Shown in pieces: positions 44,591 to 57,334 of a stretch of DNA of 64,000 bases (within the stretch, counting starts at the first letter, position 1; each line of letters opens with the position of its first letter). Source of the stretch: Antechinus flavipes (taxonomy: Eukaryota). Below the pieces are notes generated by a model. It saw nothing but the letters and a program-made list of their open reading frames with translations, was not told the DNA's origin and ran no database searches. The position numbers and the translations under genes were made by a program. The DNA is taken from assembly GCF_016432865.1 (NCBI RefSeq), contig NC_067399.1, positions 581,498,001 to 581,562,000 of the forward strand, given 5' to 3'.

Positions 44591-45198
44591 GCTTCATTAC
44601 AATAGTCAATTGTCTTCTCTGGAGCTATTTGCTGTCTGTGGAATGAGAATTGGAATAGATGTTTTCTTAGGTCCCTCACGATTTGTAATATGTCATGATA
44701 ATCCCTTTCTGCTTTCATTTTCTGACTTCTGCTCAGTCTGTGTTTTCTCCTCATCTCGCCATCTCTGCAAGAGCCTGTCCATTTTTCTCCCGAACACCCA
44801 ATCCTTTCTATCCCCTTGTGTCTGCCCATTTGTTTTTGCCTGTCCTCTTCATCACAAAGGTGATGTCCTACCCATTTTACAGATGATTAAGCTGCTGTCT
44901 AGACAGGTTAAGTGACATTACCTTAGAACCCCCAGCTAGTAAGTATTGGAGGAAGAATTTGAACTCAGATCTTTCAGCATTTAGCACAAGTGCTTAATAA
45001 AGGTTTGTTGTTGCTCCTGATTCCAAGCTCCCGCATCTCCAACTGATGCTTTTAAAGACCTTTAGGAGAAAATACTGTGTTTCCCACTCCTTGGCTTTGC
45101 CAGTTTCCCGTTCTCCTTTCTAGTAAGGCTTCTGTTCTTCTCTCATCATCAGTACATTACCAGAAAATGCTTTCTGGGATTCTGTAGCCCAATTTATA

Positions 45199-45440
45199 GG
45201 GCAACTAGGTGACAGTAGAAAGAGAGTTGAGTGCCAGATTTGGAATCAGACTCGTCTTCCTGAGTTCAAATCTAGTCAGACACTAACTGGGGGACCTGGC
45301 AAGCCATTTAATCCTGTTTGCCTCAGTTTCCTCATCTGTAAAATGAGTGGAAAAGTAAATGGCAAATCACAATAGTATCTTTGTTAAGAAAACCCCAAGT
45401 GGCGTCACAAAGATTCAGACATGACTGAAAAACGACTGAA
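45199..45440 (+). mobile_element. Mar1-type SINE
   Basis: gggcaactaggtg...gagttcaaatc...cctcagtttcctcatctgtaaaatg...tatctttgttaagaaaacccc..gactgaa. Confidence 0.8.
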
Positions 45441-46139
45441 GCCCAATTTCTTTCCCGATGCAAGAATGCTCCTCTCTACTGCATCTCTGATTACCTGTGC
45501 TCATCAGACCTTTTTGAACACCTCCAGGTATGAGTAGCTCACTACCTATGAGATAGCCACTTTACGCTGTCAGACAACTTTTGATTCTTACTAAGGTCTT
45601 ATAAAGAGCCAGAGGAGAACAAAAGGGATATAGGAAGAATGTAACAAAATCCACACTCTTTTACTTTACCAATTGCCTCCATCAGTCACCCCTGATGTCA
45701 GTTGGTAACCACTTATTAACCAAGCTATGTCTCTGAGAGGCTGCATTAGGCTGATCACACCCGCCAGGGTGAGCTCTTCAGTCTGGTTAAGTCCAGGCTA
45801 CGTGTCCATCCGGGCCACAGTCAGAGGTCAGAACATGGACAGAGTTAGAACCAGAAGAGGCATCAAGGAATGGAGATCAGAGAGCAGAGCTTGGAGTATG
45901 GAAAGACCTGTATTTAAACTTTGCCTCTGAGACATACCAGGCTAGCAGCCTCCCCCCATCCCAAGAACATTTCTAAATTTAAGAAAGATGTGGTGGGGAG
46001 AATTCACTACGCTAATAAAATCACTGATCCAATTTTTTATAAAAGAAGGACTACGCCCAGAGTGAGTCATGAGATCAATATGTAATTGAAGAATAGCAAT
46101 TTTCCCTGCTCTTTAAAATTGTTGGGAACTTCCAATGGT

Positions 46140-46470
46140 TTTGTGAATGCAGAGAGCTGTCTGCACCCAGAGAGAGGACTGTGGGAACTGAGTGTGGATC
46201 ACAACATAGTGTTTTCGCTCTTTGTTGTTGTTTGCCGGTATTTTGTCTTTCTCATTTTTTTTTTTCCTTTTTGATCTGATTTTTCTTGTGCATCATGATA
46301 ATTGTGGAAATATGTATAGAAGAATTGCATATGTTTAACATATATTGGATTACTTGTAGGGGAGGAGGAGGAAAGGAGGGAAAAAATTTGGAGCACAAGG
46401 GTGAATGTTGAAAATCTATGCATATGTTTTGAAAATAAAAAGCTTTAATAAAAAAAAGAAAAAGAAAATC
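46140..46470 (+). mobile_element. L1 3'UTR fragment
   Basis: ctgcacccagagagaggactgtgggaactgagtgtgg...gaaaataaaaagctttaataaaaaaaag. Confidence 0.8.
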
Positions 46471-46884
46471 ATTTAAAATTGAAAAAAATTATTGGGAAAA
46501 ATTATTGGGAACTTGAACCATAAACCTGGCTTCATTAGTACTGAGTATTACCCACTTCTAACACTGAGGATTCTTATTCTGGGGCTAGAGCTGTCTTTTG
46601 GTTCTCTCCTCTTCACTCAAGAGGAGCAAAGCTGAAGCCTTTCCAGTTTTCCTTTCCTACCTAGAGCTGAGGGTGGGGAGGGAGGATGGTTTAGGATGTG
46701 ATCTTTTCTCTCCCACTGCCCTCCCCTCCTTCCTGGAAATTTAGTTAAACAACTGGTTTATTTATTATTATTAAAATTAAAAACAACCGGTTTCATTTTA
46801 TTTCATGGAGAGACCATATAATAACCAGGTCTACAGAGTCTCTTTATTTCAGAGTTTCAGAAAAGTAGTTAATAAAGCATCATT

Positions 46885-47024
46885 GGGGCCGCTGAGTGGC
46901 GCAGTGGAGAGCGCACCAGCCCTGAAATCAGGAGGACCTGAGTTCAAATCTGCCCTCAGACACTTAACGCTTCCTAGGTGTGTGACCCTGCGCAGGTCAC
47001 TTAGCCCCCATTGCCTCAGCAAAA
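46885..47024 (+). mobile_element. WSINE1-like tRNA-derived SINE with TSD
   Basis: A box GTGGCGCAGTGG, B box GAGTTCAAATC, A-tail; TSD AATAAAGCATCAT (46871-46883) / AATAAATCATCAT (47025-47037). Confidence 0.85.
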
Positions 47025-47335
47025 AATAAATCATCATAGCTCAGAGCCCCCAGTTAGAAAAACTGATAAGGGGAGCTCCTGGGCTTCAGTTGTGCTTGCT
47101 ATCTATGTGACTCAGACTCCCACCAATAAAGGACCTTTCCAGTAAAAAAGGTGGGGGGTGCGGGGAAGGGGCTGGATCAGCAGCCTCTAAGGTTCTTTCT
47201 AGCTCTAACCGTGAGCTTTTATGGGTAAAGGCTCTGATTCCGTCATCCCTCCGGGGCACTCCAAATCCCCAAGGCTGCGGGAGAAGACACCCGGGCACCT
47301 CTGCCCGCCCACCGCCGCGTCCCCGATCGGCTTAC

Positions 47336-47890
47336 CTGGGACTCGTACTTGAGTCTTCGGCTCACCTCCTCCTGGAAGCCCGACAGGTTTGCCGGGGCCT
47401 CCCCGCAGGGGAACTTGGCCAGCACCTCGACGGCGTGGTCCTGCGGGAAGCCCCCGTTCTCATGGGCCAGCGAGGAGGGGTCCACAAACTCGCTGAGGGC
47501 GCAGACGTACGCCTCTCCCCGGAGCAGCGAGAGGACGGACCAGGTGACGGGGGCCACGGCCGCCCGACCCAGGATGGAGCTCAGGAGGAGGAAGTTGGGG
47601 GCGGCCGAGCAGTTCTTGGCCCGGCGGAGCTGACACTCGGCCACCAGGTTCCAGGTGTGGGTGTTGAGGATGACGCCGATGAGGAAGAGAGCCAGGGCGG
47701 GCACCCCGATGGCCGTCAGGCCGTAAATGTAGTTCCTGGTGGGGGAGCAAGGGCAGTGAAAGGCCACCACGGAGAAGAGCTCCTGGCTCCCCACCGTGCC
47801 CAGGGCCACCAGCCCGTTGAAGATCATCACATCCTTACTCTTGAAAAAGAGCGACAGGAAGCGGAAATTCTCCACGATCAGGGCGGACAT
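47336..47890 (-). CDS. CALHM2: CALHM2 first coding exon (aa 1-185)
   Basis: MSALIVENFRFLSLFFKSKDVMIFNG...HCPCS...LKYESQ|gtaagc; 555 nt. E37, R124, V136 and the N168 sequon sit at the human positions. Acceptor ctgcag| gives an exon start at 47916. Total 323 aa, as in human. Confidence 0.97.
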
Positions 47891-48084
47891 GGCGATGACT
47901 GGAGGAGACGGTCAGTCTGCAGAAAGGAAGGGGGAGTTCATGGACGGGGATCCTGGCGGATCTGGGGGAAGGGACCAGGGTACCCCGACAGGCGATCACC
48001 CAGACTGGGTGATCCTGAGCAAGTCACCGCTACTCTCGACAAGCCTCGATATCACCGTCTGTGAAATGGGAGACTAACACTTAC

Positions 48085-48400
48085 CCAGATACCAATGAGC
48101 TTCAAAAGCAGGCTCCTCTCCTCACAAAGACCCTGAGAGGCAGGGAGGGTGGCAGGGAGGAACCTGGAGCCTGAGCAGACTCAGAGGCGCTCCTGAGCTC
48201 TCTCCTTCTGACCCCTGGGGAACCAGGGGACCAGCTGGTGCCTTTCTCTGTATCTCCAGCGTTTAGCACGGGGCTGGCACTGCATTCAGGCTGTGACTGG
48301 TGATGGGGTCTCCCAGTCCCCTCTCTCCTGGGGCAGAACCAGGATGTGAGTTCCATGGCTTCCTCTCTCCTCCCCCCACTATGCTGAGCTGGGGAGAATC
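48085..48400 (-). other. CALHM2: Putative CALHM2 5'UTR exon 2
   Basis: Minus-strand acceptor ccccttccttctccctctccag| (48401-48402) and donor TGG|GTAAGT (48084). Human CALHM2 also has non-coding exons before the ATG exon, as recalled. Confidence 0.55.
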
Positions 48401-50079
48401 CTGGAGAGGGAGAAGGAAGGGGAAATGAAGGGGGCCAGACTAGCCGACCTCTAAGGGTCTCCCCTCCCGGTTTGGGGCTCAGATGATTGGCACCTGGGCA
48501 GAGCTGACAAAGTTTTCGGTTCTATTTTGAACAAAATGAACAGCATCAATCAGGAGGCAGCTTCAGCCTCCTCTCCCCAAGAGGCTTTCTCTGCAAAGCC
48601 CATCCTTGGGCTTGAATCTTCCTTGATTCCATGCAGAACTTGGCCCCATCTCCACTCCCAAAATGGGGGAAACAACGGCCTCCAAACTCAGGGCAAAGGA
48701 TCAATGAGTACCCGCCCATCTGTGTTCTGTTCAACCCCAGCCCAGTGCTTTACTTCTTAGAAGTCTATCTGTAAGTTAAGGCCCCCAACTTGGGGCGAGT
48801 GAGGGAATAAATGAGGTTTGGGGAAGTTGTGTCCTCTGTATGGAGGCTGAAACTGAGGGGGGCTTCAGCAACGGGCCTCTACTCCTTTTGGGGTCCTAAT
48901 CCGTGAGGATTCCTTGGGCTTTAATTTTGTGTGTGTATGAACATGACAATGATCAACAAATATCTCAATACACAAAGAACAAGAAGGGACCATAGATTGC
49001 ACAAGGAACTAAACTTTTGCAAAAACCTCTGGCACATATAGCCTATTGTTTTTTAAATAAATACACCTTTATATTTACTACACTTAACAAGGTAGCATCA
49101 AAATCGCCCTATTTACATTCCTTTTAAAACTTCATTTTGGCTTATCCTATGAATTTAAAAACATTTTATTGATGTTCTTTTGGGGAGTCACCTCCATCAG
49201 TACCCACTAAACTATTCCCCCATAGACGTCTGTGTTTGGAGTAAATATATATATATATTCTAACAAAGCTTTAGGCACAAGCAACAGGAACTCCCTGAAG
49301 CTGCTAAGTGTTAATGACACCTTCCTGCTTGTCTCTGTGGTCTGGGAGTAGGAAGCCGCTCTTCCTCATGTTCTGTAAAGCTTCCAGGGAGACTTAAGAA
49401 CAGATTTCCATTTCCTAGAAGACAGAAGTGCTAGGGGCCTGAGGGGTGCCAGTGCTGTGGGCACAAAGCACTCCCACCCACACTCACCCCACTTCTACCT
49501 CCCCGGGGGAAGCCCTTCAATTTTGTGACAAGAACAACAATTACCAAAAAAAAAAAAAAAAAAAAAAAAAAAGATGCATTTTCAGTTTCCCTCTTTTGAT
49601 TTGCTGGAAACCCTTCAAGGTCCTGCTCCCCCTGTTCACCCAAGAGAGCTTGACTCAGAAGTTTTGCCTGGGCAATCCTGAACAAGCAATACCAGGTTCT
49701 GTCTCGCTGCAGTTTTCTGCCCGGCTCCCGCCGTGACTTTCACAGGCTCCTTCGGGGCTCCCTTACATGCCCTCCACTCTCCCCTTACCCAGTCCAGTCC
49801 AGCGCCACAAACAAAGGCAGGACCCTGGCCTTCAGAGGCCCACTCTCTGAAAGGAGTTTTTGGCTCTGTGGGGAAGGGCTGGGGAGGATAATGGGCCACA
49901 GACATCGGAGTAATTCCTGTTCCCCTTCCCCGTCCCCATTTGGCTCCTTGCCCCTCTCCGGGCCAGCACAGACTCTGGCCCTATCTCTGGGGAGGCTCAG
50001 TTTCACAAATATCACCCGGACAGGGGGCAGACCAGATGACAAATGGAGCTGGACGAGCGCTAGCCTCGGAGGGTCCAAA

Positions 50080-50830
50080 CTAGCTCCAGCCTGGAGGGAC
50101 GGAACCAAGGACTGCACGCGGCCCCTCCGCGGGGAGGGCCGGGGAGGTTCTCCCCGCGGTCGAGAAGCGTCTTTTGGGGGGCCGGAACCTTTTCTTCACG
50201 CGTTGGCCGGCCTCCTTCCTCCCCCTCTGTCCCCTCCTGGCCGCCAGTGTGTCATCCGTCTCCCCCCCTCGCTGGATGGGCTCGGTCACTCACCTGGAGT
50301 CCGGGTGAGTCGGGTACGCAGCGGGCAGGGCGCGGTGGGCAGCGGGCGCGGACTGGGCAGCCGCCGGCCCGCGCTCAGCGGTCGCTTTCTCCGCCTCTCC
50401 GGAGGCTCGCCCGGGGAGTTTTGATTTGCCGGACTGGGGCTGGGTCAGGGTGGAGGAGGAAAGTCGCAGAGACCCTGCAGAACTTTGGGGAAGTGCCCGC
50501 GAGGTTTAGAGAAAGTTTAAACCCGAGAGAAATAAATAAAGAATGAAAAAGCGCGTGTGCGTGACAGAGTGGAAAAACAGCTTCCCCAGCGCCTGCAGGG
50601 GAGGGGGAGGAGAGGGGCGGGGGAGAGGGGAGGAGGCGGCCCGCCCGCCGGCCCTCCCGGGTCTGCGGTGCAGCTCTGCCCTCCAGCCCCAGCGAAGGCA
50701 GCCGGCTGACCCGGTCCCGCGTTCTAAGAGCCGGCTGCTCCGCTCTCAGTAGCTCCGATTGTCTTCGGCTTTGGGACCAGGGAGAGGAGCTGAGATCAGG
50801 GAGGCAGGGCCTCGGGGACAAGGGCTGCAA
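50080..50830. promoter_or_regulatory. CpG island / GC-box promoter of CALHM2
   Basis: High CpG density with GGGCGG and G-run motifs (50598-50650), about 2.4 kb upstream of the CALHM2 ATG. Confidence 0.8.
50294..50420 (-). other. CALHM2: CALHM2 non-coding exon 1 (5' end approximate)
   Basis: Donor CAG|GTGAGT at 50293 inside a CpG island. Confidence 0.7.
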
Positions 50831-53659
50831 GCCCGGGACACCCACCTCGGGGACTGCAGGGGTCTCCCCAGAATTTAGGAGTTGGCGGGGGGTCAAAGAA
50901 AGGGAGACGACAATCTGAGACAATTGGGTCTACGGGGAGATCTGGTCCAGGTGCTTCCAGATCAATCCAATCCACATTTATTAAACTCCTTTTATTTGCA
51001 AGGCCCTGGGCTAGAAGCTGAAGAAAAAAGGACGAGCCAATGAGGTCCCTTCCCTCCAGGAGCTTACCTTCTGCTGGAGAGATAGAAGAGGCGCGCATGT
51101 AAGTAAATGCAAAGCACACACTCAGTTTTTTTTTCTTTTATTATTAAATTTTTATTGATGGTTTTTATTTTTACGTCACCTAAATTTTCTAATATTTATT
51201 TCCTCCATTCTGCTCTTTTTACAGATCCATCCCTTATGACAATTTTTTTTTTTTTTTTAAGGAAAAAAGTCCTACAAAACTAACCAACACTTTCAGCCAA
51301 GAGATTTTTATATCAGCTTCACACCCGTAGTTCTCCCTTTAGGGAAAAAAATGGGGGTGAGGAAGGGATTTGTATTCACCTAACTATTGCTTGAGACAAA
51401 TTTGTATACCAAGTGATTTCAAGAGTGAGAGAGTACCAATAACTATGCAGGACTCTAGGAGCACCTTCTTCCTCACTTCCATCCCCTACCTGCCAATGGC
51501 TGCTTAGGGATCTAGGCCCCGTGCAGGAGCTTTCTGTGGTTAGAGTAAAAGACTATTCTTATCCAATTCTGAGTTTACTTTTACTCTACCTTCCTGGGGG
51601 AGGGGGGGGGGGGGAGAAGGGGAAGTAGGAGAGGAGCTAATTTCTCATTTGTTCAGTCTTCTGATTTTAATCTACCATGACCCACTCCTTGCCAATTCTC
51701 CCTTAGATTCATCGAAATCCACCCTTCAAAAAGCCTTTTACAGTAAGGCTCCAGTCTTATTTCCTATTGCATGTTTTTCACAGTATCTACTTTTCAGCTA
51801 AACTGACCTATTTGTTGTTCCCGCAGATTTTCAGTCCATCTCCGACTGTTTTTGCAAAAGCTAGCTTACATGCACTCCTTCCTAATCTCAATTTAGGAGT
51901 GAAGAAGAATAGAGACCAGAGCTGGTAAACTGTTCGTCTGTCCCTTCCTACACAGCTGATCTAACTGACCAACAGCTGCTTTTCTTTGGGGGATCGGGCC
52001 TTAGGAAGGCATTTCTCCACATTCCCCTTGCTTTCAGTTAGCGGTCTGACTATGTGTGGGGGGAAAAGAGCAGGAGGAGATGGGAAGTGTGGAGATTATC
52101 CTGTGGATTCTGCATGGGAAGAACTGCAGTCTCTCAGAAATAAGGGAAGCCCCCCACCCCTACCCCCCAAAAAAAATCAGCCTCAGATGGGGTCAATAGA
52201 TAACTGTTGCTGAAATGGGAGAAACAGTCGTGTGCTGGGATGTGATCCCAAGCAAAATTTGGGGTCGCCTATTCTTTTGGATCCCTGGGTCTCTGCTGAA
52301 AGATTGGTCACTCCCCATCCCTGCTCTCCCCTCACCTCTTGCCAGGTGACCCAGAGGGCCACATGCTTTTCCATCTTCTGCTTTTTCAAACTTTTCTCCC
52401 TCTGTCTGAAATGTGTTCCATGCACCACACCCACCTCTGGCCCAAAAGCCTGGTAAAATCCATCATTTTTGTAAGTCCCAGCTCAAATGCCAGTCTCAGG
52501 AAGCCTTCCTTTATGGCCTCTCCTCCAAGGTGGGTATGGTTTCTTTATCCTCCGAACTAAAGCAGCTTGTCACGGATTCATAACATTCAGTTCTGTATCA
52601 CTGTGTACAGAAGAGGCAGCATGGGAGAGTGGTTGGAGGCACTGGGCTTGGAGTCAGGAAACCCATTAAGCTGTGAGACTCTAAGCAAGACATTTAACTT
52701 CTCTGTGCTATAACTTCCTTATATATAAGACTCAATGTCTTATGAATCCAAACAGCTCACTGTTTAATCCCTTAATCAAGAAGGGATGCAAAAAAATGTT
52801 AAATATAAAATCTCCCCCGAAGAGGAAGCCAATGAAATAGGTCCATAAATCTATGATCTTATGAATCTGCATTTATTATCAACACTACACCCCTTGCTAA
52901 GCTTATCAAGGACAGAAACTGTGTTGTGTTGCTCCATATTCCACAGTGCAAAGCACTTCAATTTACCTGTAGCAGACAGTCAATCATTTTTTACTGAGGG
53001 ATCTTGTAGTTGTGAGAAAGTGAAAGGGGGAAGAGGAAAGCTGAGGAGATAAAGGGAGGAAAGCAGAATGTAAGATGAATCTGGCAGGAAGAGTTTGCTC
53101 TACCTTTAATGCCCTGACCCCCCCCCCCCCACCTCCCTGCTTGGTTTTTTTTGAGGGGGAGCATAGCAGGGAGAGAATCACCATTTTGTTTTTTGAGGAA
53201 GGATTTTGGAGCCTCTTCTACAGGCCACACCCTGCCAGACCTGCTGTTTCCCCCCCTTCTTCCCCCTGCTTTCCTGTGACTCATTCTTACCCCTTTGGCA
53301 GCTAGAAGTCAAACTTAGCTCAGCTGAAGAGAGGAGTGAGGGTTTGTTTTGTAGCTGTGGTTAGACACAGTGAATAGGCCGGAGGCTGACATCTTACTCT
53401 GTTCCTAGGCCCTGAGATCCCACAGTGCAGCCCCCAGCCCCTCCTCCCACCCCCAAGTACCCACATGGGAAGGGAGTGTCTCTCACAGCCAAAGCTCTGG
53501 GCAGAGTCAGCATCAAACTTTCCAGAATTTTAGGATCGAAGGAGACTTGGAGACCATCTACTCCAACTCATCCCAGAACCAGCATCTTCAGCATCATTCC
53601 AAATAAGGGATGGTCCAGCTTTGCTCCAGGGGCTCCTAGGAGGGGCAGCTCCTTTCACT

Positions 53660-53880
53660 TTTATTGTCCAGTCTCTGTGACTCCACTTGGAGTTTTCTTA
53701 GCAAAGATACTAGAGCAGTTTGCTTTTTCCTTCCTTATCTCATTTTACAGATGAGGAAACTGTGGCAAACAGAGTTAAGTAATTTGCCCAGGTCACACAG
53801 CTAGTAAGTGTCTGAGGCCATAATTGAACTCAGGTCTTCCTGTCTCTATGCCCCAGTGCTCTATTCCCTGAGCCAGCTGC
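53660..53880 (-). mobile_element. Mar1-type SINE
   Basis: gagttttcttagcaaagatactagag...cattttacagatgaggaaactg...gaactcaggtcttcc. Confidence 0.8.
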
Positions 53881-54589
53881 CCTCCATTCCACTTTGATAT
53901 TTCCCTAATTGTGAATGGGGAAACCACTCCACGATCTTTGCCAAGAAAACCCCAAATGGGGTCACAAAAAGCCACTCAGGACTGAAACATTTCAACAATT
54001 GTAAGAAAAACTTTCTTCCTATCCAGTCTGAATCTATTATTTTGCCATTTCTGGTTATTGCTTTTAATCCTGTCCTGAGAGCCACCGAACAAATCTGATC
54101 TGTTTTTCATTGAATGGATTTGATGGCATTTATTAAATGCTTCTTGTATGCAAAGCTCTGTGTCAAGTGCTAGGGATTCAAATAGAAAAAGAAGCATCTC
54201 ACTTTCTAGAGTGAGACCTAATACCCAGAGGAGGTTTCCTTTGCAAGTCAGTTGGAAAAGTCCAAAGTTCCTTGGGGTTCAGCGACAAGACAAATAATGA
54301 TGCCTCCCTTTAGTGTCATTTCCAGTCATAAAATATACCAGTTTCTGGTGTTGAACTATTCAGTGGGGCCAAGGACTTTAGCATGGACACAGGTCTTTTG
54401 TTCCTGAAGCTGCTGAAGAGGCAGGGACTGCACCACCATCAGGTTATGCCTGATTTTCAGGGACTTGGCTGGAGTGGGAAGGGCTTTGCTCTTCTCAGAG
54501 ATCTCGGACATAACTGCCTGTTAATGGCAGCCCAACAGCTGCAAAGTCAAAGGATTTACTGAATGAAGAACCTTCAAAATCTTAAAGGT

Positions 54590-54900
54590 ATCTTTCCATT
54601 TCCTTTCCAGGCTTCTCTGCTCCAGGGTAACCATCTCAGTCAATCCTTCAATCAGTTCTCATATGATACAAATTCCTTTCCTATCTTGGTGATCCTCATC
54701 TGGACACTTTCTAATTTATCAATATCCTTCCTAAAATATGGCATCCAGAACTGAATACCGTAGCACTACAGATTTGCTCGGATCCACAGCAGAATCTTGC
54801 TATGGCCTCCTTATTCCCGGCCACTAATGGATTTAGTCCTGTGTGTAATGTAATTTAAGATTGAATTCGCTTTCTAATCAACAGTGTTGATCCATATCAA
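54590..54900 (-). mobile_element. CR1/L3 fragment
   Basis: cttctctgctccaggg...tccttcaatcagttctcatatg...aatatccttcctaaaatatggcatccagaactga. Confidence 0.6.
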
Positions 54901-56708
54901 GCTTGCAGGCCACTAAGAGCCTCCCCAAATCTACACCTTCTGGCCAGGCAAATTCAGTTGAAGGGGGGGTATTGACCCAGAGGACAGCCCACTTCAGTTA
55001 CTTAAATCTATGTGCCCTACTTGACTGAGATAAGTCAAGGAGTCAGAAGTACTGCGCTCAAATCTTGCTTCAGACCTGTACTAATTGTGTGACCCTGGGC
55101 AAAGTGTGTGCCTCATCTTCCTCATCTGTAGAATGGAGTGGGTGGGTTTGTATTCAATGTCCTTAAGTTCTTTTTAGCTCCAACTCTGTGATACAGAACC
55201 TATTTCATAAGCTTTCTCTTAGGGGAGATGTTAAATTTAACATTTTTAGCACCAGTTTTGATTAAGGGATTAAATACTAAGCCATTTCTATTAGAGAAGG
55301 GGCCCAATGGTGTTTGGTTTTTAAATCCTAATCCCTCCTGCTACCTGAATTTTCCCAGGATTCTAGTTATGATTTTGCCTCTTCCCATTTGCTACCCTTT
55401 TGGGAGAAGGATAGGCTGAAGATTTAAGAAATGACATTGTGGGATCCCAAAACTTGGGAGTGAGTGAGACTGAAAGATGATAAATAAATTCACTCAGAAC
55501 CTAGTTATTCTGTTCTAGATATAGTAGGTCTTAGTAAATGTTTGTTTAAATAAACAATTTATTAATTTCCCTGAAATTTTGAGGACTGGATGTATGCCCT
55601 AGATCAGAGATATCCACATCTTAAATTAGGATTATGGAGAAGGCAATTCTCACTCACAAAGACATTCTTACACTTTTGATATTTTATAGGAGAAATGTTT
55701 TATAAGATATGTATTTTAAAGAGGTAGACTTTATACCTCCCCTTGTTTTCCTATATGACTCCCAGTAGTTTCCACTACTAGATAGGTAGTATCCTTCCAG
55801 ATAGGAGGGTTGCCATAAAGATCCCTTACTCTATCTCTCAGTTCCTAAAGGCACAGCCTCACAACAGGTCACCTTTGAAAGCTGCCAAAGTGCCTGTGCT
55901 GGCCCATAATGATGGGTGACATCCAGCCAGGTGTTGCCCAATGTGGAGGAGGTGAGGATCAAAGGAGGTGATAGAATTTTCAGTCTCTAGGTGCTGCTTT
56001 TGATAGCACGACCTCACATGGTAGGAGATGTGTAGGCAAAGTCTAGAATGAAAGCTCCTCATTTTCTCTCTCTTCATCTCAAAAGACAAATCTCAGTTCT
56101 TGTGACTTTTCAGTTATAGCAAGTGATTGATATTCCCAAGAAACGTTCCTGGAATATTAGAACTGGTTACCCAGTTCTAGCTGAGAAGAGACAAGGGCTA
56201 AAGCCCCCTGTTTGGAAAGGGGCTTTGGAGAAAGGCTGATATGTACAAAAGTCCATCCCTATCTTCTTCCCCCAACTGCTCTGACTCTGATCTATTCTGA
56301 TTAACACTGCTAGTTGTATCTCTCTATGAAAAGTGAATTTCTTTTTTAAGGAAAGGGAAATAGTGAAACTGGAAGTTGATTCAGAACAAGCCATCCCCGC
56401 TTCTCTCTCTCAGCTCCCACCTCAGAAACTCCTCCGTTTTTTGGAGGAGGGGACCTGGAGCATTCAGACCCCTGACCAGTAAGACTAATTACTGGCAGCT
56501 CCAGTGGTTATTTTCCCCATCTACAGGAATCCCTAGCTCATGAAAAGTGGCTTTTCAGTCGTTGCTGCTGCTGATCTCGAGTGACCCACTGGCCTCTGGC
56601 TGGTAGCATGGGAGGCCGATGGATGTTTGCCCCATCTCATAAACTGGCCCTGAGCCTGCGAGGGCCTGCAGACCTGTAGCTTATCTCTGGGGCCGCGGCC
56701 TTGCTCCT

Positions 56709-57182
56709 TCACACTTTGCTGAAGTAGGTGGCCACCTCCTTCCTCAGGATGGGGGCTGGCTCGGGCCCGGGTGCCCCGCCGGCCCACCCATTCTCCAGGA
56801 GCGGCTCCTCTCGGTCCAGCCGCAGCGGGGGCTTACAGTCGTGCCAGCTTTTGAGCAGCTGGTTCATGGTGCCCTGGTCGGTAATGCCACGGAGCTTCCC
56901 TCGCTCCTCCTCCGTGCCCTCGGCAGGGGCCTTGGCTGGTCCTGGGTGAGAGTGACCCAGCGTCAGGTCGTGGTTCATGGCCTCGAAGAATTGCTGGATG
57001 CAGACCTTGGCGAAGGCCTTGGCGTGCTCCGTGCAGGTCTCGTCGAAGAGCTTGCGCTCAATGTCGATGTAGTGGGACCAGTACTTGCTCTTGAGGAAGG
57101 CAGCCTGGGTGAAGCAGGGACGGATCGCCCGCACAAGAAATGCCAGGAGGGTGGTCAGCAGCACGAAGGTCCAGCCCAGAGC
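56709..57182 (-). CDS. CALHM1: CALHM1 last coding exon (aa 185-341)
   Basis: cacag|[18 protein letters not shown]...[40 protein letters not shown]...[11 protein letters not shown]; 474 nt. Confidence 0.97.
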   Translation of the reverse strand, partial: ALGWTFVLLTTLLAFLVRAIRPCFTQAAFLKSKYWSHYIDIERKLFDETCTEHAKAFAKVCIQQFFEAMNHDLTLGHSHPGPAKAPAEGTEEERGKLRGITDQGTMNQLLKSWHDCKPPLRLDREEPLLENGWAGGAPGPEPAPILRKEVATYFSKV

Positions 57183-57334
57183 CTGTGGGGACCCAAGGGG
57201 AGGAGTGAGTGGGGGCTCCTTCTTACCTGCAGGCCCCTGGCACTGCCAGCGCGGGGCAAAGAGAGTGGGCGTGCAATTTCTGCATCTGCAAAATGGGAAT
57301 AATACCAGCTTTTGTCCTTTACAGATGAGAAAGA

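Noticed and set aside
44860-45440. Inverted MIR/Mar1 pair in the CALHM2 intron as a possible dsRNA or editing substrate
   Set aside because: Copies are highly diverged, and such pairs are common at this SINE density.
47243-47335. C-terminal part of the CALHM2 track ORF (VSRSGT...)
   Set aside because: Intron read-through past the CAG|GTAAGC donor; the same applies to the tails of most PDCD11 track ORFs.
49891-50923. 177-aa and 182-aa ORFs at the CALHM2 promoter
   Set aside because: Low-complexity Pro/Gly/Arg/Ser products typical of stop-poor CpG islands.
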